DNA of 64,000 nt, taken from positions 1 to 64,000 of the IMG/VR virus record IMGVR_UViG_3300037311_000299. The stretch is one strand, 5' to 3'. This DNA comes from a virus. A model generated the notes under the pieces. That model had not been told where the DNA came from. It did not search any database and saw only the letters and a program-made list of their open reading frames with translations. The translations under genes were made by a program, and so were the position numbers. This document shows positions 42,335-50,497 of the stretch, in pieces. How positions within the stretch are numbered: the stretch's first letter is position 1; each line of letters begins with the position of its first letter.

Positions 42335-43546
42335 ATGCTTGTCGAACGTGTGACACATAGCGGGAGGAGCGGTGTGGCTTTTGTTGATGACTTTCAGCGG
42401 CATGTAGACCAAGTGAAGATGCGTCTTCCCCATGTCCGGGGGGAAGAAAGCACCAAGCACGCCTTGGTTGTACCTCTCTTGCAGGTGCTTGGTTATGATG
42501 TGTTCGACCCTCGAGAAGTTCAACCCGAGTACGTCGCCGACTTCGCAAAGAAGAAGTCTTCGGGCCAGATGGAGAAGATCGACTACGTCGTCTTCCTCAA
42601 CTCCCAGCCTGCGCTGTTCATCGAGTGTAAGTCCACCGACGCCAAGCTCGAAGACCATGACGGGCAGCTTGCCAGGTACTTCAACGCTACCCCGGGAGTG
42701 AAGATCGCTATCCTGACGAACGGAGTTCAGTTCAAGGCGTTCTGCGACCTTCGTCAGCCAAACATGATGGACCCGACTCCATGGCTGGATGTTGACTTGC
42801 TCAACCTCAAGCCGGCCGAGTTCGATGCCTTGAAGCGCTTCCGCAAGGTCGACTTCTCTCCTGAGAGCTTGATCGCTCTGGCGGAGGAGATGGTCTACTA
42901 CAACGCTATGGTGAGCATGATCACGGGGCAGCTCCGTGACCCATCCGAGAGCTTCGTGCGTTTCGTTGCGAGTGAGCTCCCCGGGCTGCCCAGGGTCACT
43001 GCGAAGATCGTAGACAGGCTTCGCCCCATCCTTCAGAAGGCGATCCAGTCAGCCATCGTGGAGCACGTCGCGCGGTCCTTCGCACCCATCATGTCAGAGC
43101 CCCCTGAAGAGCCGAGGCCTGCGTCCGCAGTCCCTGCGCAGGCCGAGTCTGCGCCGCAGGGAGACGCTAGGGAAGGTGTGGTGACCACGGCGGAGGAGAT
43201 ACAGGCGTACCAGCTCATTCGTTCCTGGATTCTTGAAGTTCATCCTGGGGCCTCGGTAGCCTACAAGGACGGAAAGACCTACTTCACCATTAACATGGCC
43301 AACGTGCGCAAGTGGTTCGTCCGCCTGCAAATCCAGAAGGCACCCTATTGGGTCGCGTTGCGGCACCTGACACCCGACCAGTTGGGCCACATGGCCCCTG
43401 GCATGGATCATCTCGACCCGAGCGCATTTGGCGATTCCAGGGTGACACTTCGAAGGATAGAGGACCTCGCGCGGCTGCGCTCCGGCTTCTTGGAAGCCTA
43501 CTCGCGCGAGGCCGAGCGGCGCTCCGATTCGGATGACGCTCAATAG
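42335..43546 (+). CDS. HsdR_N-type (PD-(D/E)xK) restriction-endonuclease-like domain protein
   Basis: 403 aa. EESTKHALVVPLLQVLGY...KIDYVVF...ALFIECKS...QLARYF matches the type I R-subunit N-terminal nuclease-like domain. Uncharacterised C-terminal ~150 aa. Reduced GC. Confidence 0.65.
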   Translation: MLVERVTHSGRSGVAFVDDFQRHVDQVKMRLPHVRGEESTKHALVVPLLQVLGYDVFDPREVQPEYVADFAKKKSSGQMEKIDYVVFLNSQPALFIECKSTDAKLEDHDGQLARYFNATPGVKIAILTNGVQFKAFCDLRQPNMMDPTPWLDVDLLNLKPAEFDALKRFRKVDFSPESLIALAEEMVYYNAMVSMITGQLRDPSESFVRFVASELPGLPRVTAKIVDRLRPILQKAIQSAIVEHVARSFAPIMSEPPEEPRPASAVPAQAESAPQGDAREGVVTTAEEIQAYQLIRSWILEVHPGASVAYKDGKTYFTINMANVRKWFVRLQIQKAPYWVALRHLTPDQLGHMAPGMDHLDPSAFGDSRVTLRRIEDLARLRSGFLEAYSREAERRSDSDDAQ

Positions 43547-43705
43547 CCGACCTGGCGCAAGCCCTAGCCTAAGGTAGCGATGCAGATGCTAGACGGCGAC
43601 GGCAGTCCAGTGGGTGGCTCGCGTCGCAACTAGATTTCTTTCGGGGTACGTCGTGGACCTGGCGAGCGGGGATTTGATTGCCAGAGCCGTAACGAGGGAA
43701 AGAAC

Positions 43706-45346
43706 ATGAACGTGCTGGTTGTGCTGCTTGGGGTAGTAGTGCTCATCCTGCTCGTCGCCTACCTAAATGAGAGGCGGGTCGTTGTTGCGGCTCAGGATCG
43801 CTTGCGAAAGACTGAGGCTGATGCGCGAGAGAAGCTCACCGCTGCGGCATCCGAGATGACCTTTCTGAAATCTTGGGTTGACGAATTGTCCGTTTATCAG
43901 TCCATCATCGACGCGGAAAAGCGGACGCGTGAGATTCTGGATGAAGCCAACGGGCAAGCTACGGAGATACTCGCCACGGCTAGGCAGGACGCTGCGCAAG
44001 TAAAGCAGAAAGTCGAAGCTGTTCTATCGCACGCGCAAGCAGAGTTGGACAAGGTCTCGGGGATGGTTGCTGCGGAGCGGGCCCGTGCGCGAGATGAAGC
44101 AGAGAGAATCGTGAACCAGGCCCTAGAGGAGGCACGACGAGTTGCTGGTTCCGCCTTAGACGCCAAGGAGAATGCCGAGCGCTACACGAAGATCGCGCGG
44201 GCGATGCGAAACGTAATTGAAGGCTACGGCAGCCGATACGTAGTTCCAACGACTGGGCTGGTAGATGAGCTGGCAAATGAATACGGCCACAAGGATTTTG
44301 GCGCTCAGCTCAAGCTGGTTCGCCAGCGACAGAAGGATCTAATCAAGAGTGGCCGAGCCGCTGACTGCAAGTATGTTGAGGACAATCGGAGAACTGCTGC
44401 CGTTGAGTTTGCGCTCGATGCGTTCAACGGCAAAGTTGATAGTATTGTCTCCCGAGTGAAACATGACAATTTAGGAAAGCTCCGGCAAGCTATTCTTGAT
44501 GCGTTCGAATTGGTAAATCGCAACGGCTCGGCATTCAGGGATGTAAGGGTGACTCTTGAGTACCGAAATCTGCGATTGGAGGAGCTTCGCCTTGCTGTTG
44601 GCATTCAAGAGATGAAGTTACGCGAACAGGAGGAGCAGCGAGAGATCCGGGAGAAGATGCGAGAGGAGGAGCGAGCCAAGCGAGAGTTTGAGAAGGCCAT
44701 CAAGGCCGCCGCGAAGGAGGAGAAGGACCTCACGAGAGAGATGGATGCGATGCGCGCCAGGGTTGCCACAGCCACTGAGGCCCAGCGGGCCGAGTACGAG
44801 GCCAAGCTGGCCGTCCTCGAGGCTCGCCTCAAAGAGGCCGAGGAGCGAGAGCGGCGGGCCATCTCGATGGCTCAGCAGACCCGGCGCGGCCACGTCTACG
44901 TCATCTCGAACATCGGCAGCTTTGGCGAGAACGTCTACAAGATAGGCCTCACCCGCCGCCTGGACCCCATCGACCGCGTGAGGGAGCTAGGCGACGCGAG
45001 CGTTCCGTTCCCCTTCGACGTGCATGCGATGATCTTCAGCGAAGACGCCCCTGCGCTCGAGTTCGAGCTCCAAAAGCGCTTCCAGGAGAAGAGCCTCAAT
45101 CTCATCAACTTCCGCAAGGAGTTCTTCGCCGTGCCCATCGCGGAGATCAAAAAAATGCTCGATTCCATGGGGGTGCAAGCCCACTGGACCGAGGCGGCCG
45201 CCGCGCGGGAGTACAGGGAGTCGATCGCGATCCGCGAACGTGGAGAAGTAGCACAAGCGGTGGCTCGACGAGGGCCGATTGCGCCTAGCGAGGATGACGA
45301 GTTGGACTTGGATGCGGAGTTTCCTGAGCTGTTGGCTGCTGGCTAG
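43706..45346 (+). CDS. DUF4041 + T5orf172 (GIY-YIG-related) domain protein with an N-terminal TM helix
   Basis: 546 aa. MNVLVVLLGVVVLILLVAYL, long coiled coils, DUF4041-like middle, C-terminal GHVYVISNIGSFGENVYKIGLTRRLDPIDRV...FPFDVHAMIFS typical of T5orf172. Confidence 0.7.
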   Translation: MNVLVVLLGVVVLILLVAYLNERRVVVAAQDRLRKTEADAREKLTAAASEMTFLKSWVDELSVYQSIIDAEKRTREILDEANGQATEILATARQDAAQVKQKVEAVLSHAQAELDKVSGMVAAERARARDEAERIVNQALEEARRVAGSALDAKENAERYTKIARAMRNVIEGYGSRYVVPTTGLVDELANEYGHKDFGAQLKLVRQRQKDLIKSGRAADCKYVEDNRRTAAVEFALDAFNGKVDSIVSRVKHDNLGKLRQAILDAFELVNRNGSAFRDVRVTLEYRNLRLEELRLAVGIQEMKLREQEEQREIREKMREEERAKREFEKAIKAAAKEEKDLTREMDAMRARVATATEAQRAEYEAKLAVLEARLKEAEERERRAISMAQQTRRGHVYVISNIGSFGENVYKIGLTRRLDPIDRVRELGDASVPFPFDVHAMIFSEDAPALEFELQKRFQEKSLNLINFRKEFFAVPIAEIKKMLDSMGVQAHWTEAAAAREYRESIAIRERGEVAQAVARRGPIAPSEDDELDLDAEFPELLAAG

Positions 45347-45434
45347 TCTGGCCGAAGCCAATCACTGATTACCTAGCCAGAGAGGCTAGTGTTGGCGCCA
45401 GTGCCCTTACAAGTAACTGGAACGGAGGTTGTGA

Positions 45435-45935
45435 GTGAAGGATCAATCTATGAAGTACCTTAGTGCTCTGGCTCAATTTACCGACGAAGTCGATCTCGAC
45501 ACGCTTGACCCCGTCGAGGAATCGGACCGAGACAAGCGAAATCAACGTCACCAGGTGTTAGAGTACATGCGCCAGAAGGGGTGGATAAACTATGAATCCA
45601 TGCTCGGTGGCGGGGGATATGTGAGCATCCGCGCCGAAGGAATTGATACGTTGAATGCGCCGCCCAGCCAAGCCACAACTCAGTCGGTAACCTACAACGT
45701 CCATGGGGTGCATGGACCGGCTCAGTTTGGCAACAACAATGTGCAGAACATTACCTATCGGCAGACGCTGGAGCGGTTGTGCGATGAGATAGAAAAGAGC
45801 GACATGGATGAGGGGGAAAAGACGGAGGCTAAGTCGTACGTTCAGGCCGTTCTGCACAATCCACTCTTAAACACCGTTCTTGGCTCGGCGCTCAGCTTCG
45901 GTGGCGCGGTACTCCAGAAATTAGTGCAAGGCTAG
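45435..45935 (+). CDS. Hypothetical protein (winged-helix-like N-terminus, hydrophobic C-terminal helix)
   Basis: 166 aa. RHQVLEYMRQKGWINY...YVSIRAEGIDTL. C-terminal LLNTVLGSALSFGGAVLQKLV. About 50% GC. Confidence 0.5.
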   Translation: MKDQSMKYLSALAQFTDEVDLDTLDPVEESDRDKRNQRHQVLEYMRQKGWINYESMLGGGGYVSIRAEGIDTLNAPPSQATTQSVTYNVHGVHGPAQFGNNNVQNITYRQTLERLCDEIEKSDMDEGEKTEAKSYVQAVLHNPLLNTVLGSALSFGGAVLQKLVQG

Positions 45936-45988
45936 GTCGGCCATCGTTTGGGTTCGGTGCCGTCCGAGCTCTCCGAGCACGGCCGACC
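45935..45988 (+). terminator. Nested GC stem-loop at the stop codon (GGTCGGCC...GGCCGACC)
   Basis: 8-bp outer stem with an inner GCCGT/ACGGC stem. No U-tract. Lies between convergent cassettes. Confidence 0.35.
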
Positions 45989-46318
45989 GGCACATTCATC
46001 GAACGCCGCATGATACAGCCGCCGCTTGCGCTCGCTGCCGTGCCAGCTCGTCCGTAGACGCGACACACTGTCCACCACCGCCTGGAACGACCGCGCCAGC
46101 CTTCCGAGGAAATGAGGCAGGAACCAACATGCCTGCGCTGGTTGGCCCGACGCGAACAACTGTCCCACCGGCTCTCGTTGTCTTCCCAACCATCAATCCG
46201 GGTCACTGGTTGACAAGCGCAGACCGGCCCGAAGCGATGGGTGGTTAGGCGCAGGATAGGCGCGGCCCGTAGGCGGACCACACTCAATTCAGGCTCCATG
46301 GTTGACGGTGGCCACAAG

Positions 46319-46798
46319 TCACGCGAACCGAATCGGCTTGGAGAATGATCTCACGAAGACTTGGCTGCACTTAGCGGGTTCGATTGGTACCGGCTCTGAC
46401 TTCCGAAGTGCAGAGTAAACTCCGCCTCTATTCAGCGAACTAAATTTAACCTCGTTGCCTGCGCTGTCGAGGCATTTGGCTCCGGATTTGCCCATGGCCT
46501 GGACGTATTCACGCCACTGCTTGTAGCTCAGGAGTGAGCCCGCACGGAGATGTTCTTGTACGCTTGGACTTACACGGAGCATGACAAACCTCGCTGCATC
46601 AAGAGGCACGGCAGTGTGCCAAGTTGGCCACATGGAGGGTATGCCGGTTGAGGTGACTGTCAAGCCGCGGTACCGATCAGACATCAGGTCAGCCCTACGA
46701 GGAGTGCAGCACTTGTAGGGAGATGGGCAAGTCCATGTACCGTCAAACAAATGATACATTTTCCTTGGGTCGCCAAGCCAGCCGCCAGTCCTTGTCAT
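46319..46798 (-). CDS. Hypothetical protein, third gene of the DprA-like/PRTase cassette
   Basis: 159 aa (alternative start at 46759). Overlaps the PRTase gene end by 17-56 nt. No recognisable motif. Cys/Trp-rich N-terminus. Confidence 0.5.
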   Translation of the reverse strand: MTRTGGWLGDPRKMYHLFDGTWTCPSPYKCCTPRRADLMSDRYRGLTVTSTGIPSMWPTWHTAVPLDAARFVMLRVSPSVQEHLRAGSLLSYKQWREYVQAMGKSGAKCLDSAGNEVKFSSLNRGGVYSALRKSEPVPIEPAKCSQVFVRSFSKPIRFA

Positions 46799-47438
46799 CG
46801 AACCAGATTATTTCACTACGGGCAGCCGCGGTTGCTCCCGAGGAATAGTCGGCTGCCACCGTGTGCGTGGCGGTAAGCAGGCGGACATCGCCCTCGTAGC
46901 CGGCCTGCTGGAGGGCTAACAGACACCCCATAGCGGCGGTGCCGTAGGTCAGAACATCGTCTAGAAGGGTTATCGGCAGATCCGGGTTGAGCAATGTTGC
47001 ATCGACGGCGAGCGAATCGCGATGTTCCAGGACAGACGTTCGGTCATTGCGCCCGGCAGCGTGAGACTTAGCAACTGCGGTCCTTCGGGTCAGCAAGGGG
47101 TGAGCGCTTCTCGCGAGCCCCGCCGCCTGAAGACGGACGGCGAGGTCGTACATTGGCCAAGTTTTCCGTTTGGGCGGAAGTGGTGTCACGCTTGATGACG
47201 GAACGGGCACTATTTGACGCCCAGGCCCGATGACATCAGCGAGTTCGTCTGCACTGTCCTTTAGTACGCTGCTGAACCACTCAATAGCCATCACTGTGTT
47301 TCCATCCCCGTCAGTCAGACCGCCGCCTTCCTTGAGAGCGTACAGCAGCTTTTGGAGCCACTTTTCCTCTTGAGTGGCGGCATTGGACTTCGTGTAGTAC
47401 GGAAACACCGAGAACGCTTGGATGGAAAAGCGGCTCAC
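46743..47438 (-). CDS. Phosphoribosyltransferase-like (ComF/PRTase-fold) protein
   Basis: 231 aa. PRPP-binding loop ITLLDDVLTYGTAAMG. GTG at 47438 overlaps the DprA-like stop (GTGA). Confidence 0.7.
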   Translation of the reverse strand: MSRFSIQAFSVFPYYTKSNAATQEEKWLQKLLYALKEGGGLTDGDGNTVMAIEWFSSVLKDSADELADVIGPGRQIVPVPSSSVTPLPPKRKTWPMYDLAVRLQAAGLARSAHPLLTRRTAVAKSHAAGRNDRTSVLEHRDSLAVDATLLNPDLPITLLDDVLTYGTAAMGCLLALQQAGYEGDVRLLTATHTVAADYSSGATAAARSEIIWFDDKDWRLAWRPKENVSFV

Positions 47439-48166
47439 CGGATGGCCTCCAGCACTTCGTCCGTGTTGTCCAAAATCCTCGCCCCGTTCTTCACAAAGCT
47501 CTCTGGCCACTTCAGGTCTCTGTTATCTAGCAAGCTTCTCATCAAGAACAGTGGCCGACCCAAGCTCAAGACTTCTCTCGCTTGTGAGAGCGAGCCGCTG
47601 CCGTCGCCAGCTTCAACAATGACGGAGGCATGAGCGATCCGAGCCATTACGCGGTTGCGTGCTACGAAGTTTGACGGAAACACTCGCGAGCCCGGGGTGA
47701 ACTGGCTAATGAGCAAGTGATGGCGGTAAATCTCCGCTTGAAGCTCGGCATGTGCCGCCGGGTATGCTGTGTCGAGCGGCGTGCCAATCACTGCAATGGT
47801 TCGGCCGCCGGCCTGGAGTGTGGCGGCGTGGGCAGCGAAGTCGATGCCCTTGGCCAGTCCGCTAACAGTTGCGACTCCGGCTTGGGCGAGTTGGCGCGCT
47901 AGTTTTGCGGACCTGCGGACGCCGTCCGCCGACGCGGACCGCGAGCCCACGATTGCAACCAGTGCCGGTGCTCGCAACAGCGTGGTATCGCCCGCGCAGT
48001 AGAGAATTGGAGGCAGCCTCATGAGCTCTGCTGGGAGCACATCCTCAAACGCATCCTCGGCTGACAGAATGCGAACATCTGCTGGTGGCGTGTAGCGGCT
48101 CCTAGACACCATCTCTCGTGGTCTCCACGCATCGCTCGTGTTGGCGGCATCCGCTGCGAGAGCCAT
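47435..48166 (-). CDS. DprA/Smf-like (SLOG-superfamily Rossmann) protein
   Basis: 243 aa. VAIVGSRSAS...SGLAKGIDFAAHAATL...TIAVIGTPLDTAYPAAH...FPSNFVARNRVMA...VIVEAG matches the DprA core. No SAM or C-terminal wHTH extensions. ORF 47435..48367 trimmed to the ATG at 48166. Confidence 0.75.
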   Translation of the reverse strand: MALAADAANTSDAWRPREMVSRSRYTPPADVRILSAEDAFEDVLPAELMRLPPILYCAGDTTLLRAPALVAIVGSRSASADGVRRSAKLARQLAQAGVATVSGLAKGIDFAAHAATLQAGGRTIAVIGTPLDTAYPAAHAELQAEIYRHHLLISQFTPGSRVFPSNFVARNRVMARIAHASVIVEAGDGSGSLSQAREVLSLGRPLFLMRSLLDNRDLKWPESFVKNGARILDNTDEVLEAIR

Positions 48167-48270
48167 AGTCCCACCCCCTGGTGCTAGACGGCGCGTTGTG
48201 CGTGCACCGAGGGTGGATGATATCCAGTTTGGGTCTTGGTACAACCGACGGGGTTCGATGAGGAGCCAGG

Positions 48271-50496
48271 TCAGATCTGAACGACCCGATACCGCGCTAG
48301 CACCTGCGACACGTAGAACGTCGCCGGCCCCGCCGAGGCGAACGTGCCCACGAGCCGTAGAGCCCACCTATCGGCAGTGGCGCCCGCGACCTCGCTCGCG
48401 AGCGTCACGAGCTTCGAGGTTGGCGCGCTGTCGGTGGGGTGCACCCACGTCACCGAACTCGACAAGGACTCCGCAGTCCAGCCGCTCGAGGCGTTGTCGC
48501 AGTCGGTTCGCTGTATGGTGGCCGACATGGCGTCTCCGGCGTCGGTGCCGGTGAGCCACCCGATGACGCGGAAGCCCACCAGGGCCTCGCCCACGCGGTG
48601 CTGCGGGGCCTGGAAGTAGAGCGGCGCGTTGGCGGTCGTGCAGCTCCAGCGGTGCCCGTTGAAGGTCCACCCGCTGCCGGCGGCGTTGCTGTGGTCCATG
48701 TGGACCGTGCGCTCGACGAGCTTGCCGCCGGCGCCGATGAGGTGCAGGTCGGGCACGAGCACCCGAGGCTTGACCGAGAGCGACGTGTCTTCCTGGTTGC
48801 CGTCAGCCTTGGTGAAGCGCAGGTAGTTCGCCGCGGTCGGGTTGGCCGCTGTGCCGAGCGAGAGCTGTCCGGCCTCGGCCCGCCAGAGCCAGTCGTTGGC
48901 GCCCCCGAGCGCGAAGTCCACCACCTCCGAGCCGGCGAGGTCGGTGCTACCGGCGCCGTCGTCCTCGCCGTCGGGGCCATAGAGCCACAGCTCCCGGTGG
49001 GTGCCGGCGATGCGGCGCAGGCGCAGCATGACGGGCTCGACGCCCTGGTCGACGCGGTCCGCGCCGTGGAACAGTGAGACCCGCATGACCGCCCGGCTGC
49101 TCAGCTCGTCCACGGCGAGGCTCGCCGCGGGGGCCGCCGCACCTGCCGATAGCAGGATGTCTGCGCGAGACTCAGGGTGAGGCCTGCGGGTCCGCGCGAG
49201 GTCGGCGAGGGTCTCGGAGACCACCGCGTTCGTGCCGGTGTTCCACTCGAATCGCGCCACCTCGAGGCAGTCGCTGTACGTCGAGTTGTACGTGGCCTCC
49301 GCTGCGATGGTGAGCTGACCCACCATCGCCTCGACGGCTGCGGAGGCGTTGGAGTCCACGGCCAGGACGAAGAGCACGTAGTCGCCAGAAGCCTCGTTGT
49401 GGCTGAAGGCGACCGTGTCGGCCGCGAGGCCTCGCACGACGCGCATGCGTCCCTCGGCGTCGGCCGTGTAGATGAAGCTCCCGGCGGGTAGCGGGTCGAG
49501 CTCGAAGGTTTCGGTGGCTGGGCCCGTGGCGCTGTGCGCGAGGCTCTGCGACCACGCCTCGGTCTCGGCGAGCCCGGGGATGTAGATGGCCGGGCCTGCC
49601 AGGCCCCACTTCAGCACGTTCGAAGCCTCGGTCTCGAGGAACGCCAGGTCGCGCGCCAGCGAGCCGAAGGTCTTGATCGTATTCTGGGCAGCCGTCGAGA
49701 CCGTCCCGTCGAGCACGGTGCCGAGGTACCAGTAGCTGAGATTTCCCTCCGAGTCGGTCTGGGTGGAGAGGTTCGTCGTGGACACCGACAGCCCCTCGAG
49801 GAGAACGAGGTAGGCCGCGGTGCTCGTCGACGGCGTCTCCTGGCCGAAGCTGTGGGCGACGGCCACCGTGACGTTCGTGCCGTTGCTCTTGGCTTGGCCC
49901 TCGACGATGGCCAAGCCTGCGTCGACCGGGTTGACCATCCACACGTGCGCGCGCCGGTACTCGGAGCTGCTGTTGGCCCAGGCGCCCCCGCTGGCTGCGG
50001 TGGCGAGCGTGTTGACGTTGAAGGTCATCGTCCCGTCGCCGTTGGCGGTGACGGTGTCCGGGGCGCCGAGCTCGCCCATCGTGAGCTTGTAGCGCGACAG
50101 GTGTAGCAGGCCGCTGGAACTCGCGACGAAGGTCGGCCGAGCCTGGTAGCGAAAGCCCAGGTGGTAGGTGGTGCCGCTCTGCCGCTTGTAGGGCACCTGG
50201 GTGATGCGCCCCAACACGTCGGAGTCGGCGGTGTTGTAGGACAGAATCCGCCCGGCGGCGGTGCCGCTCGCGGCCGAGGGCGAGGCCACCGCCAGCCGAT
50301 ACACTCCCGAGGAGAGGCTCTCGGTGATGGACACGGGGTCGTCCCCGAAGGTGCCCGGCGTGGGGTACTCGGTGACCACCTTCGCGCGCTGGACGTTTTC
50401 CAGATACTCGAGCACGCGCACCCGCAGGTCGTCCGACCCGACAATCAAGCGGTTGGTGGGGTTGAGTCGGGTCTGGCCAGTTTGGGTGGTCCCCAT
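48271..50496 (-). CDS. Tail fibre / receptor-binding protein (putative)
   Basis: 741 aa, Ser/Thr/Gly/Ala-rich. Last gene of the baseplate block, downstream of the gpI-like gene. Confidence 0.55.
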   Translation of the reverse strand: MGTTQTGQTRLNPTNRLIVGSDDLRVRVLEYLENVQRAKVVTEYPTPGTFGDDPVSITESLSSGVYRLAVASPSAASGTAAGRILSYNTADSDVLGRITQVPYKRQSGTTYHLGFRYQARPTFVASSSGLLHLSRYKLTMGELGAPDTVTANGDGTMTFNVNTLATAASGGAWANSSSEYRRAHVWMVNPVDAGLAIVEGQAKSNGTNVTVAVAHSFGQETPSTSTAAYLVLLEGLSVSTTNLSTQTDSEGNLSYWYLGTVLDGTVSTAAQNTIKTFGSLARDLAFLETEASNVLKWGLAGPAIYIPGLAETEAWSQSLAHSATGPATETFELDPLPAGSFIYTADAEGRMRVVRGLAADTVAFSHNEASGDYVLFVLAVDSNASAAVEAMVGQLTIAAEATYNSTYSDCLEVARFEWNTGTNAVVSETLADLARTRRPHPESRADILLSAGAAAPAASLAVDELSSRAVMRVSLFHGADRVDQGVEPVMLRLRRIAGTHRELWLYGPDGEDDGAGSTDLAGSEVVDFALGGANDWLWRAEAGQLSLGTAANPTAANYLRFTKADGNQEDTSLSVKPRVLVPDLHLIGAGGKLVERTVHMDHSNAAGSGWTFNGHRWSCTTANAPLYFQAPQHRVGEALVGFRVIGWLTGTDAGDAMSATIQRTDCDNASSGWTAESLSSSVTWVHPTDSAPTSKLVTLASEVAGATADRWALRLVGTFASAGPATFYVSQVLARYRVVQI

Positions 50497-50497
50497 C

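Noticed and set aside
41522-42658. 378-aa minus-strand ORF spanning the junction between the middle operon and the cargo region
   Set aside because: It crosses a GC transition, overlaps the plus-strand genes 41995..42195 and 42335..43546, and is mostly low complexity. Only the last 60-80 codons (about 41522-41770, ...ECEELEAKLRGALSEEQRAAIDAVL...) look protein-like. Even those overlap the convergent end of gene 41038..41598, so nothing was called.
45892-46317. 141-aa minus-strand ORF between the two cargo cassettes
   Set aside because: The translation is Arg/Trp/Cys-rich with no SD. It lies exactly in the convergent terminator spacer.
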